Shown here: positions 44,749 through 53,718 of the stretch, one piece after another
How positions within the stretch are numbered: the stretch's first letter is position 1
How the letters are laid out: every line of letters begins with the position of its first letter
Assembly: GCA_965227045.1 (NCBI GenBank)
Contig: OZ245718.1
Location: 983,528-1,047,527, forward strand
Reading direction: 5' to 3'
DNA length: 64,000 bases
Origin: Actinomycetes bacterium
GTDB taxonomy: Bacteria > Actinomycetota > Actinomycetes > S36-B12
The notes under the pieces: generated by a model
The model's input: only the letters and a program-made list of their open reading frames with translations
Databases searched by the model: none
What the model was told of the DNA's origin: nothing
Translations under genes and position numbers: made by a program

Positions 44749-45203
44749 AGCGAGTCCAGGAGCTGCTGGAGCGACTCGCGGTAGCCCTCGGTCGTGTAGG
44801 TCGCTCCCGAGACACCGTCGAACTGCACGCCCTGGGCGGTCGCCATCGGGTCGAGCTGCGGTATCGCGTACTGGTTGATCTCCACCGATCGGCGGTCTCC
44901 GTCGGGCCAGACGACCGCATGCACCTCGGTCAGCTGGCCGTTGGTGATCGTCGCGGCGACCTGCACCGGACCCCATCGTGTCTGGACCGCCGGGCCGGTG
45001 ATCGTCTCCGCGCTGTCGCTCGTCGCGACGTCGGGCTTCGTGGAGACGTCGGGAGTGGCCGCCTGAGACGTCGGCGCGCTGGTCTGATCAACGGCCGTGG
45101 CCGCATCGTGCCCGGCCAGCGCGGGATCGGCGATCCCGACGACCACGATGGCCAGGCCACCCAGTGCGGCCGCGGGCGCCAGACGTCCAACCAATCCAGC
45201 CAT
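44745..45203 (-). CDS. Extracytoplasmic FMN-binding domain protein with flavinylation motif
   Basis: N-terminal TM/signal segment followed by an S/T/P/A-rich linker. The FMN_bind-like C-terminus carries DGVSGATYT (Dxx[ST]GAT, the ApbE target motif). Confidence 0.7.
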   Translation of the reverse strand: MAGLVGRLAPAAALGGLAIVVVGIADPALAGHDAATAVDQTSAPTSQAATPDVSTKPDVATSDSAETITGPAVQTRWGPVQVAATITNGQLTEVHAVVWPDGDRRSVEINQYAIPQLDPMATAQGVQFDGVSGATYTTEGYRESLQQLLDSL

Positions 45204-45204
45204 G

Positions 45205-46653
45205 TCAGACCCCAAACCGCTCGTGATGGATATGACCGACGGGGACGCCTGCCTTGCGCATCCCCGTGACGACGGCGGACTCCAGGGAAGCTGGGCCGCA
45301 GACGAAAACGTGACGATCGGCGAGATCGGGGATCCACGCCGACAGGCTCGAGGCAGAGAACGGATCGTGGCGCGCGAACCACTCGCGCCTTCCCGTGAGG
45401 ACGTGCAGGGACCCGTTGCGGGACTCGACCAGTCGCTCCAGTTCGATGCGATGCGGGAGGTCGTCGGCGTCGCGAACTCGGATGATCACCATGGGCCGCT
45501 GGCTCGGATCGCAGTCCTCGAGCACGGCTCGGATAGGGGTCACCCCGACGCCGCCGGCGACGAGCACGACCTGCGCTCCGTTCGCGCGGGCCGCGGTGAA
45601 CACGCCGTAGGGACCCTCCAGGACCAGCCGCGTTCCGGTGGCGAGCCCGAGCAGCCGAGTGGAATCCTCGCCAAACTCCTTGATCGTGAAGCGAAGGCCA
45701 GCTGTCGTCGGTGCGGCCGACACCGAGTAGGGGTGCGCCTGCCACCACAGGTCGCGGGTCATCGCCCGGATGTTGAAGTACTGCCCACCCGACACGCGCA
45801 GCCTGTGCAGTCCGGGGCCGGTGACGTGGAGTGAGCCGACACCGTTCGCCTCGCGCGACACCGCGGTCACGTAGAACCGACGGGTCAGCGAGCGCAGGAT
45901 GTCGCCGACCCTCGACCAGATCACGATCGCGACGGTCGCGATGGCCAGTCCGGTCCACCACCAGAAGGCGAGCGCATCGCCCATGAAGTCGACGCCGAGC
46001 GTCAGCTGGTGGCCGAAGCCGAGCAGGACGGCGAGGTAGCCGGTGAGGTGCACGAAGTACCAGGTCTCGTACGTCATGAGACTGCGCAGCCGGCGCCAGG
46101 ACGACAGTCCGATGACGAGGAAGAGGATCGTGCCGACGAGCGCGGCAACCATCCAGGACTCGTTGGCGAGCAGATCGATGAGACCGGACACGAAGGAGCC
46201 GCCGGTCGCCGCTCCCCACGCCCAGGTGTCGCTGACCGCGTGCACGACGATTGCCACGACCGTCGTGATGCCGAACACGCGATGCGCGGCGAGCAGCTGG
46301 TCCTGCCCGAAGCGCCGCTCGATGGAGCGGGGACGCGCCGCGAGGATCACCCCGCCGAGAGCTGCGAGGGCGGCGACCAGGCCCGAGAGCTGGCCGATGG
46401 CGCTCAGCGTCCCGAATCCGCCGGACGCCAGGGTCGCCAGGCCGCCATGCACGAGCCACAGGCCCAGGGTGACCGCGCAGACGAATCCGCCGACGGCCAC
46501 CACGTCGGACCCGCGAACCCGAGCGGGCCGAGGCCGCGGAAGGCGGCGGACCGATCCCGGGCGCCTGTGTCGAGGCTGCTCGGCGGATCGCGCTGTGCGC
46601 TGATCTCCGCTCGTGATCGTCATGACTTCACTCTGTCGGACTTTGAAGGTCAC
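45205..46653 (-). CDS. NOX-like ferric-reductase-domain protein (6-TM di-heme domain plus FAD/NAD(P)H dehydrogenase domain)
   Basis: 482 aa. Conserved His pairs sit in the TM helices (AHRVFG...VVHAV; FVHLTGY...GFGHQL). HPYSVS is the FAD motif and VAGGVGVTP the NAD(P)H motif. Confidence 0.8.
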   Translation of the reverse strand: MTFKVRQSEVMTITSGDQRTARSAEQPRHRRPGSVRRLPRPRPARVRGSDVVAVGGFVCAVTLGLWLVHGGLATLASGGFGTLSAIGQLSGLVAALAALGGVILAARPRSIERRFGQDQLLAAHRVFGITTVVAIVVHAVSDTWAWGAATGGSFVSGLIDLLANESWMVAALVGTILFLVIGLSSWRRLRSLMTYETWYFVHLTGYLAVLLGFGHQLTLGVDFMGDALAFWWWTGLAIATVAIVIWSRVGDILRSLTRRFYVTAVSREANGVGSLHVTGPGLHRLRVSGGQYFNIRAMTRDLWWQAHPYSVSAAPTTAGLRFTIKEFGEDSTRLLGLATGTRLVLEGPYGVFTAARANGAQVVLVAGGVGVTPIRAVLEDCDPSQRPMVIIRVRDADDLPHRIELERLVESRNGSLHVLTGRREWFARHDPFSASSLSAWIPDLADRHVFVCGPASLESAVVTGMRKAGVPVGHIHHERFGV

Positions 46654-46707
46654 GATTCGATCACAGGGCCTGCCTAACGCGATCCGTACAAAGCCCCAAC
46701 GCGGTGG

Positions 46708-47589
46708 TTACTCCCGGGAGGTCGCGGCGCCCTGGGCAGCCAGTTCCGCGGCGAACTCGGCATCCTGGCGCCTGCTCTTGCGCTCCTCGCTCGCGAACCA
46801 CTCCACCGCCGCCACCATCATCCAGAAGGAGTCGGCGACCATCACCAGCGCCCACATGAGGGCGCCGGACAGTTGCTGGTCGGCGAGCGGATCGGGGCCG
46901 AACGGCCGAGGCGCGTCGAACGTCGGATACAGGACCGAGGACGAGAAGTAGATGACCGCGCCGACGATGGCCTCGGGAATCATCATGAGGGCGAGGGACA
47001 GCAGCCGAACCGCGTGCGGTGGCCTGCGGGGCTGGAGGTTCGAGCCGATAAGCGGGAAGTAGAACAAGAAGGCCGCGATGAGAAAGGCCGGTTGCTCGAT
47101 GAAGACATCCGCGTCGTGGTTTGTGAGCGCCCACTCATAGAAGCCGGTGAAGTGCGCTCCGAGCAGCACTCCGGCGAACAGCAGCCAGGTGAGGACCGGG
47201 TTGGTGAGTACCCGGACCGCCCGGCTGCGCAAGATGGGCAGGATCCAGCGCCGTCGCGTGCTCGGAGCGCTCGCGCGAAAGGCCAGCGTGACCGGAGCAC
47301 CGAGAACGAGAAGCGGCGCGGCGGCCATCATCACCAGGAGGTGCTCGGTCATGTGCACCCAGAAGAAGACGTGCGACCAGGCGGGCAGCGGTCCGAGGTA
47401 GGCGATCGCAAGAACCACAATCCCGGCAGCGAAGCAGACCAGCTTCCAGATCGGCCAGGCGGCGCCCGGATCGCGGCGGGTCACCCGACGCGCCGCCCAC
47501 CCGTACCAGAACAGCGCCGCGAGCAGGTTCAGCGCGATAAACGGGTCGAACGCCCACTCACCGATGAACCGGCCGAGCGTTCCGCCCAC
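46708..47589 (-). CDS. Cytochrome c oxidase assembly protein (caa3-CtaG family)
   Basis: Polytopic, with WSHVFFWVHMTEHLLVMMAAAPLLVLG. GTG 47589 is preceded by AAGGAG with a 6-nt spacer. The ORF is open to 47655. Confidence 0.8.
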   Translation of the reverse strand: MGGTLGRFIGEWAFDPFIALNLLAALFWYGWAARRVTRRDPGAAWPIWKLVCFAAGIVVLAIAYLGPLPAWSHVFFWVHMTEHLLVMMAAAPLLVLGAPVTLAFRASAPSTRRRWILPILRSRAVRVLTNPVLTWLLFAGVLLGAHFTGFYEWALTNHDADVFIEQPAFLIAAFLFYFPLIGSNLQPRRPPHAVRLLSLALMMIPEAIVGAVIYFSSSVLYPTFDAPRPFGPDPLADQQLSGALMWALVMVADSFWMMVAAVEWFASEERKSRRQDAEFAAELAAQGAATSRE

Positions 47590-47642
47590 GTTCGACTCCT
47601 TAAGCAGGTCGCAATGAGCAACACGACGCCCTGAAAACGATA

Positions 47643-48371
47643 GTGTCCCGAGCACAGACGACGGGGGGAGGCGAAGTTAAGCGAGCACTGTTCGCCATCA
47701 TCACCGTAGTCGCGGGCGTCCTGATCGTCGCCGGCTCGGTTCTCTTCTTTGGCAAGGTCCAGAGCGAGCCCGCCACCCTAGTCGCGACCGTCGTCGGGAC
47801 CGCGCAGACTCCGCAGGGCGAACTGCCTCACGCAACGGTGGACATGTCGATCTACCCGAACAGCTCCGCGGAGATACCCGGGCCGACGACCGGGACCAAC
47901 AAACTCATCGACAGTGACGGCTGGCCGTTCTATTGGCCCTCGACGAGTTTGCAGTTGCCTGCTCATTCCCTGGTGACGATAACTATCCACCAATACGACG
48001 GCAGCTCAACCGTCTGGAACCCCTATTTCGCCAAGGTCCACGGGACGGTCGACGGAACCGCGACCTACAACGGAAAAGCGCAGACGGAGATTGAGCCGGA
48101 CAACGTCGCTCATACCTTCACGATTCATCAGTATCCCGAGTCGACCCAGCCCTACTTCTTCGTGAGCGTGCCGATGCTCGCGCCCTCGGCGGACGCTCCG
48201 ACGGAGGCCAACGGGTACCCCAAGGCGCAGGAGATCACCTTCTCGTTCATCACGGGCGCGCCCGGTGAATACGTCTGGAACTGCGAGGATCCCTGCGGCA
48301 ATGGGTACGTGGACTTTGGTGGAGTCATGAGCCAGCGCGGCTGGATGAGCGGAACGGTCACGATCGTCTGA
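47643..48371 (+). CDS. Membrane-anchored cupredoxin-like protein of unknown function
   Basis: 242 aa with a single N-terminal TM. The beta-rich ectodomain ends ...AHTFTIHQY...EYVWNCEDPCGNGYVDFGGVMSQRGWMSGTVTIV. The stop overlaps the subunit II start (TGATG). Confidence 0.55.
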   Translation: MSRAQTTGGGEVKRALFAIITVVAGVLIVAGSVLFFGKVQSEPATLVATVVGTAQTPQGELPHATVDMSIYPNSSAEIPGPTTGTNKLIDSDGWPFYWPSTSLQLPAHSLVTITIHQYDGSSTVWNPYFAKVHGTVDGTATYNGKAQTEIEPDNVAHTFTIHQYPESTQPYFFVSVPMLAPSADAPTEANGYPKAQEITFSFITGAPGEYVWNCEDPCGNGYVDFGGVMSQRGWMSGTVTIV

Positions 48372-49240
48372 TGTCCACGGTCGACGATCGCCCGCTAGCC
48401 GACTCGGACGGCCCCGACGAGCCGACCAACCGCCCGGCGAACACCAACCGAGTACAGGAGTGGATGCGGCGGCCCTACGCGCGGCACATCCTGACAATTT
48501 CCTCGATCCTCACCGTCCTCGTGCTGCCCTGCGCCTGGCTGGTCATCTACTTCATGAACCTCACCGGCGCTCCGGCATCGGGAATCATGACCGAGATCGA
48601 GCGGACGATGTTCGTCTTCACGATCGTGTCGGCGCCGTTGATGGCGCTCACGCTCGCGATCCTCATCTACAGCCTCGTCGGCTGGGGCCGCGTCGGTGGC
48701 GACGAGCCACCAATGCAGGACAGCCCGGCCATTCGCAACAACACGGTGGGCGTTACTCTGTGGATCACCGTCACGAGCGTCCTGGCCGCATTCCTCGTCA
48801 TCTGGGGCATGGCCGAACTGGCGACCATCACCTCATACTCGTACGGATCGGTCGCACCCAACCAGCAGCCGAACTCGCAGAAGCCGATCGATATCAACGT
48901 GACCGGGCAGCAGTGGGTCTGGACCTTCGAGTATCCGGACAGCGGCAAGGTCACCACGAACACGCTGGTCGTGCCGATCGACGTCCCGATCTACTTCAAT
49001 GTCACGTCGCTGGACGTCATCCACAGCTTCTGGGTCGTGGAACTCGGCGTCAAGGTGGACGCCAACCCAGGAGCCATCACCAATACCGGTGTCACGCCGA
49101 ACAAGCTCGGGACATTCAACATCCGCTGCGCAGAACTATGCGGCATGCACCACGCCTACATGCAGACCCAGATCCAGGTCGTCACCCAGCAGGAGTTCGA
49201 TTCCTGGATTCGCGAGATGGGCGGGACGAAGACCGCATGA
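48371..49240 (+). CDS. ctaC: Heme-copper oxidase subunit II (CuA), no cytochrome c domain
   Basis: 289 aa. VIHSFWV and the CuA motif CAELCGMHHAYM are present. Confidence 0.85.
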   Translation: MSTVDDRPLADSDGPDEPTNRPANTNRVQEWMRRPYARHILTISSILTVLVLPCAWLVIYFMNLTGAPASGIMTEIERTMFVFTIVSAPLMALTLAILIYSLVGWGRVGGDEPPMQDSPAIRNNTVGVTLWITVTSVLAAFLVIWGMAELATITSYSYGSVAPNQQPNSQKPIDINVTGQQWVWTFEYPDSGKVTTNTLVVPIDVPIYFNVTSLDVIHSFWVVELGVKVDANPGAITNTGVTPNKLGTFNIRCAELCGMHHAYMQTQIQVVTQQEFDSWIREMGGTKTA

Positions 49241-51195
49241 GCCAAACAGCCGTTATTCACGAGCAGCCCGCCGTTCCGCAGCCCAGGCAGCATGGAAGGC
49301 CCGGCGGTTTCCTCCGCCACACGAACGTCCTCACCGCTACCGTGCTCGGCTCGGTCCTCGCCACCGTCACGTACGTCATCGGCTCGCACTACTTCGTGCC
49401 CTGGGGCGAGCAGAACGCCGACTACTCGCAGATCGGCCTCCAGCCTCTAATCGCCGCGACCTATGTCGGCTGGATCCTCGGCTTCCTCATCGGCATCGGT
49501 GCGTTCGCCGGGCCGATCAGATGGGCGCTGGGCAACGACCTCACGCACGACGACGCCGAGTACATGGCCGGCATGGGTCAGGGCAAGTGGAAGTACTGGA
49601 AATACACGACCGACCACAAGGTCGTCGGATTCCAGTATCTGATCATGGCGATGGTGCTGCTGGGCTTCGGCGGCCTGCTCGCGATGCTCATCCGCACCGA
49701 GCTGGGCGTGACGTGGGAAGAAGTCTTCGACCCCAACTTCTACAACTCGATCATCGGCACGCACGGCATCGTCATGATCATCGCGTTGATCATCGTCGTC
49801 GCCGGGCCGCTCGGAAACTTCATCGTGCCGATCATGATCGGTGCACGCGACATGGCCTTCCCACGACTCAATGCCCTGAGTTTCTGGCTGCTCTTCGCCG
49901 CGGTCCCGCCGCTCATCAGCAACCTTCTGCTCGGCGGCATGCGCGACGGCTGGACGGTCTACCAGCCGCTCGGAAATCAGGCACCGATCGGCATGATCGG
50001 TTACCAGATCTGCATCATCGTGTTCGCGTTCTCGACCGGCATCGCATCGGTGAACCTCATCACGACGATCGTCACGATGAGGGCTCGCGGTATGACCTGG
50101 AACAGGGTGCCTATCTTCGCCTTCGGCATCCTCGGCTCGTCGATCATGGGCCTGATCTGGTTCCCGATGTTCCAGTACTCCCAGTTCCTCGCGCTGAGTG
50201 ACCGCGTGCTCAACTCCTCCTTCTATATCCCGCAATACGGTGGCAGCGTCTGGCTGTACGAGAATCTGTTCTGGCTGCTCGGCCATCCCGAGGTCTACGT
50301 CATCGTCATCCCCGCAATGGCCGGCCTCCTCGAGCTCATGACCGTGTTCCTGCGCAAGCCCCTGTTCTCGTACAAGATCGCCGTTGCGGGAATCGCGGGC
50401 GTCGTGGGCATCAGCTCGGTCGTCTGGGTGCACCACATGTACATGACTGGCTGGGCTCCGTCGGCGAACTATCCGTTCATGCTGTCGACCGAGTTGATCT
50501 CCATTCCGTTCGGCTTCCTCGTGCTTGTCATGCTCGGCACGATCTGGCGCGGCAAGGTGTGGACCCGCCTGCCCATGATGTGCGTCTACGCAGTGCTCTG
50601 GAACCTGATCATCGGCGGCATCACCGGCGTCTACCTGTCCGATGTACCCGTCGACCAGTACATGCACGGCAGCATGTTCGTCGTCGCGCACTTCCACTTC
50701 ATGCTCATGGGCGCGGGCCTGTTCGGCGCCATGGGCGCCTTCGCCTTCTGGCTCCCCAAGATGAAGGGCCGCATCCTCAACGAGCGCCTCGGGTCGATCG
50801 GCTTCTGGGTCGCGTTCCTCGGCTTCCAACTCACCTTCGGCGCGATGTTCGTCGCGGGTCTGCAGGGCATGCCCCGCCGCGTCCTCCAGTTCGACAACGC
50901 GTTCAACGTGTCGAACTGGATCTCGACGATCGGCGCCTACGTCATCGGAATCGGGATGCTCGTGTTCCTCTACGCGATTATCACGTCCTGGCGTTCGGGC
51001 GAGGTCGCCGGATCCAACCCCTGGGGTTCGACGTCCCTTGAATGGCAGACCGAGACTCCGGTTCCCCTGGAGAACTTCCCGGTGCTGCCGGTGGTGACGA
51101 GCGATCCGTACGACTACGGAGTTCCCGATCCGTACACCATCATCGAGGCTGAGCTCACCGACGAGGGCTCCGATACCAAGGTGGACGCGCGATGA
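49237..51195 (+). CDS. ctaD: Heme-copper oxidase subunit I (A-type) with ~95-aa N-terminal extension
   Basis: 652 aa; ATGA overlap with subunit II. Motifs seen: TTDHK at residue ~124, GTHGIVMI, GARDMAFPRLN, LLGHPEVYV, WVHHMYMTG, and VAHFHFML. Confidence 0.9.
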   Translation: MSQTAVIHEQPAVPQPRQHGRPGGFLRHTNVLTATVLGSVLATVTYVIGSHYFVPWGEQNADYSQIGLQPLIAATYVGWILGFLIGIGAFAGPIRWALGNDLTHDDAEYMAGMGQGKWKYWKYTTDHKVVGFQYLIMAMVLLGFGGLLAMLIRTELGVTWEEVFDPNFYNSIIGTHGIVMIIALIIVVAGPLGNFIVPIMIGARDMAFPRLNALSFWLLFAAVPPLISNLLLGGMRDGWTVYQPLGNQAPIGMIGYQICIIVFAFSTGIASVNLITTIVTMRARGMTWNRVPIFAFGILGSSIMGLIWFPMFQYSQFLALSDRVLNSSFYIPQYGGSVWLYENLFWLLGHPEVYVIVIPAMAGLLELMTVFLRKPLFSYKIAVAGIAGVVGISSVVWVHHMYMTGWAPSANYPFMLSTELISIPFGFLVLVMLGTIWRGKVWTRLPMMCVYAVLWNLIIGGITGVYLSDVPVDQYMHGSMFVVAHFHFMLMGAGLFGAMGAFAFWLPKMKGRILNERLGSIGFWVAFLGFQLTFGAMFVAGLQGMPRRVLQFDNAFNVSNWISTIGAYVIGIGMLVFLYAIITSWRSGEVAGSNPWGSTSLEWQTETPVPLENFPVLPVVTSDPYDYGVPDPYTIIEAELTDEGSDTKVDAR

Positions 51196-51827
51196 CCGTT
51201 CTCTCCGCCACCACGGGCGAGCCCGTCACCACGACCGCGCGGCGCAATCGCCTTGGGCTGTGGCTGTGCATCGTCTCCGACGCCGTGGGCACGGTCGCGC
51301 TGCTGGTCGCCTACTCCTACCTGTGGTCCCTCAACGTCAGCGGCGGCTGGGCTCCACCGAAGGACACGTGGGCCAGCCACGGCCCGTTCTGGATCATTGT
51401 CGTGGCGATCATCATCTCCGCCGCGCTCATGTGGTGGGGGGTGCGCGGTATCGAGCGCGGCCACACCGGCCGGCTGATCGCGGCTGCGTCGCTCGCCTCG
51501 ATCATCGTCCTCATCACCTTCGTCGGACAGATCGTCCAGCTCGCGACCTTCCCGTTCGGTCCGAGCGACGGTGCTTACGCGTCGGCGACTTACTGGCTGG
51601 CACTCGCGACCGCAGCCCACCTGCTCATCCTGCTGTTCCTCGTGGTGGCCATCCTCAATCGCACCCGTCGCGGCCTGATCAGCCCCGAGAACCCGCATCA
51701 TGCGCGGCTCATCGCGATGTGGATCACGTGGATCTGTGTCGCCGCCTTCCTCGGCGCCGTGTTCGCCACGACGATGACGCAGAGCCCGAACGTGAATGCG
51801 CCTGCGTTCGGCACCTTCCAAGAGTGA
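51192..51827 (+). CDS. ctaE: Heme-copper oxidase subunit III-like protein
   Basis: 211 aa, 5-TM pattern. RRNRLGLWLCIVSDAVGTVALLVAY is typical of the subunit III N-terminus. ATGA overlap with subunit I. Confidence 0.7.
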   Translation: MTVLSATTGEPVTTTARRNRLGLWLCIVSDAVGTVALLVAYSYLWSLNVSGGWAPPKDTWASHGPFWIIVVAIIISAALMWWGVRGIERGHTGRLIAAASLASIIVLITFVGQIVQLATFPFGPSDGAYASATYWLALATAAHLLILLFLVVAILNRTRRGLISPENPHHARLIAMWITWICVAAFLGAVFATTMTQSPNVNAPAFGTFQE

Positions 51828-53284
51828 GGCTCCCGCTCACCGCAGGCGCCCGACTGTGGTGGGGACTGCCCGTCCTGCTCGTCCTGCTCTGGGCCGCTGG
51901 CGCCTTCGCCCTCCAGGCCTTCCCCGGGCTGCCCCAGCCTCCAGAACTCACCCTGTGGGCGCTGCCCATCGCCCGCTTCGCGCGCGACGTTGCAGCCATC
52001 CTCACCGTCGGATCGCTCGTGATCGGCGTGGTGCTCGCGCACACAACGAGCGCGGCCGAGTCGTCGCGTCGGGTGCTGCGATGGGCGACGGTCTGGGCAA
52101 TCGCGTGGCTCTGCGCTCTTGTGGTGCTGCTGGTGGTGACCATGTCCGACGTCTTCGCGGCCAGTCCCACCGACGTGCTCAACCCGAGGCAGACCTGGGC
52201 CTTCCTCACCGAACTCGTCGTCGGGCGCGTGTTCCTCGCGCAACTCATCGTCGCGGCCGTGATCGCTGCCTGCGCCTGGAGAGCGCGTGCCACGCCAGCG
52301 GTCTGGATACTGGCGGTGGCGGGAGTCGCGGCGTCTGCAGCGCCCGCATTCCTCGGCCACGGTGGGATGGACACCGCGCACACGGCGGCGACCGTCAGCC
52401 TCGGCCTGCATATTGCCGCCGTATCCGTGTGGGTCGGCGGTCTGGCCATCCTCGTCGCGCTGGCCGTCGCCGACCGGACCGCGGCCGTCACCGTGCTTCC
52501 CATGTTCAGCCTTGTCGCCCTGTGGTGCGTCGTCGTCACCGCTGAGACCGGACTGCTCAACGCGACCCTGCGAGTCGGTACGACGGTCGCCCTCGTCGGC
52601 ACGGTCTACGGAACCCTGGTGCTCGCCAAGGCGGTACTGCTCGGCTACCTCGTCCGCCTCGGCTGGCTGCAGCGCACGCGCGTGATCCCGGACTTGCGGT
52701 CGCGGCCCGAGCCGAGCCTGCGTCTGTTCGCGCGCTTCGCGGGCTACGAGGTGATCATCATGGGGGTGGCGATCGCTGTCTCGGTGGCGCTGTCGCGGAT
52801 CGGACCCAGTACGGCGATTCTCACGGCCCAGCGCTTCACGCCGCTGGCAGTCGTCCTGCTCGGACTGGCGATCCCCCTGTTCATCGCGTGGGCGACCCCC
52901 GCTCCCACCGCACGTTGGATCGTGCGCCTGCGCACCCTGCCGGAACTTCCCGCAGTCCTCCTCCTCGTCGTGGTGGCCGAGGTGAGCGCTCTCGGACTGC
53001 TGGGCAGCATCGTCAGCGACCAGTTCGGCACGTTGCTCGGTGCCGTCCTCATCGTGGCGGCGGGCTGGCTGTGGGCCGCTTGCGCGTCGCACTCGGTGTC
53101 GAGCACCGCGATTCTCATCGTCGGTTGGCCCGCGGTGATGTGGCTCGCGTCTCGGACCGCGACGATCCCGTCCGGCTGGAAGGCGAGCGTGGTGGCGCTG
53201 GTCGTGGCCGAAGGCCTTCTGGTCGCCGTCCTTGTCCGAGCTCGATCGGTACGCCCGGCCCGAGAGACCGTGACCGCCGCATGA
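51824..53284 (+). CDS. CopD-domain polytopic membrane protein (copper handling / oxidase assembly)
   Basis: 486 aa from GTG 51824 (GTGA overlap). It has at least 10 TM helices with a CopD-like central region (FLGHGGMDTAHTAATVSLGLHIAAVSVWVGGL). Confidence 0.65.
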   Translation: MRLPLTAGARLWWGLPVLLVLLWAAGAFALQAFPGLPQPPELTLWALPIARFARDVAAILTVGSLVIGVVLAHTTSAAESSRRVLRWATVWAIAWLCALVVLLVVTMSDVFAASPTDVLNPRQTWAFLTELVVGRVFLAQLIVAAVIAACAWRARATPAVWILAVAGVAASAAPAFLGHGGMDTAHTAATVSLGLHIAAVSVWVGGLAILVALAVADRTAAVTVLPMFSLVALWCVVVTAETGLLNATLRVGTTVALVGTVYGTLVLAKAVLLGYLVRLGWLQRTRVIPDLRSRPEPSLRLFARFAGYEVIIMGVAIAVSVALSRIGPSTAILTAQRFTPLAVVLLGLAIPLFIAWATPAPTARWIVRLRTLPELPAVLLLVVVAEVSALGLLGSIVSDQFGTLLGAVLIVAAGWLWAACASHSVSSTAILIVGWPAVMWLASRTATIPSGWKASVVALVVAEGLLVAVLVRARSVRPARETVTAA

Positions 53285-53709
53285 GCGCCACTGAGCAGAC
53301 GCCAGAGCAGTCGCCCGAGCCCGAATCGCGGCGCCGCTGGCGAGACTTCTGGCAGCTGCACGTCCCGCTCATCGTCGTCCTCGCCATCTGCACTGCGGCG
53401 ACGATCATCGAGGCTCGACGTGCCACCGAGGGGGTGTGGCGCGCCTGGGCTTACATGGTCGAGTGGCCACTGATCGGGCTGTTCGCCCTCTGGATCTGGA
53501 ACCGCTATCGCAAGCACGGCACGGTCATCAAGGGACTCAGCGAGCGCCTGCGCGCGCACGCTGCGACGTACGGGACTGCTGACCCGGCGGATACCCAGCC
53601 CCAGCAGAACGACACGCCCACCCCCGTCGACCCGGACCTCGACGCCTGGCGCGGCTACGTCGACGACCTCCACCGCCGCGAGCCGCCGGGGGCACCACCG
53701 TCCGGTTAG
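53281..53709 (+). CDS. Small 2-TM hypothetical membrane protein
   Basis: 142 aa; ATGA overlap with the CopD-like gene. I recognise no family. Confidence 0.5.
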   Translation: MSATEQTPEQSPEPESRRRWRDFWQLHVPLIVVLAICTAATIIEARRATEGVWRAWAYMVEWPLIGLFALWIWNRYRKHGTVIKGLSERLRAHAATYGTADPADTQPQQNDTPTPVDPDLDAWRGYVDDLHRREPPGAPPSG

Positions 53710-53718
53710 CATGCGTGA

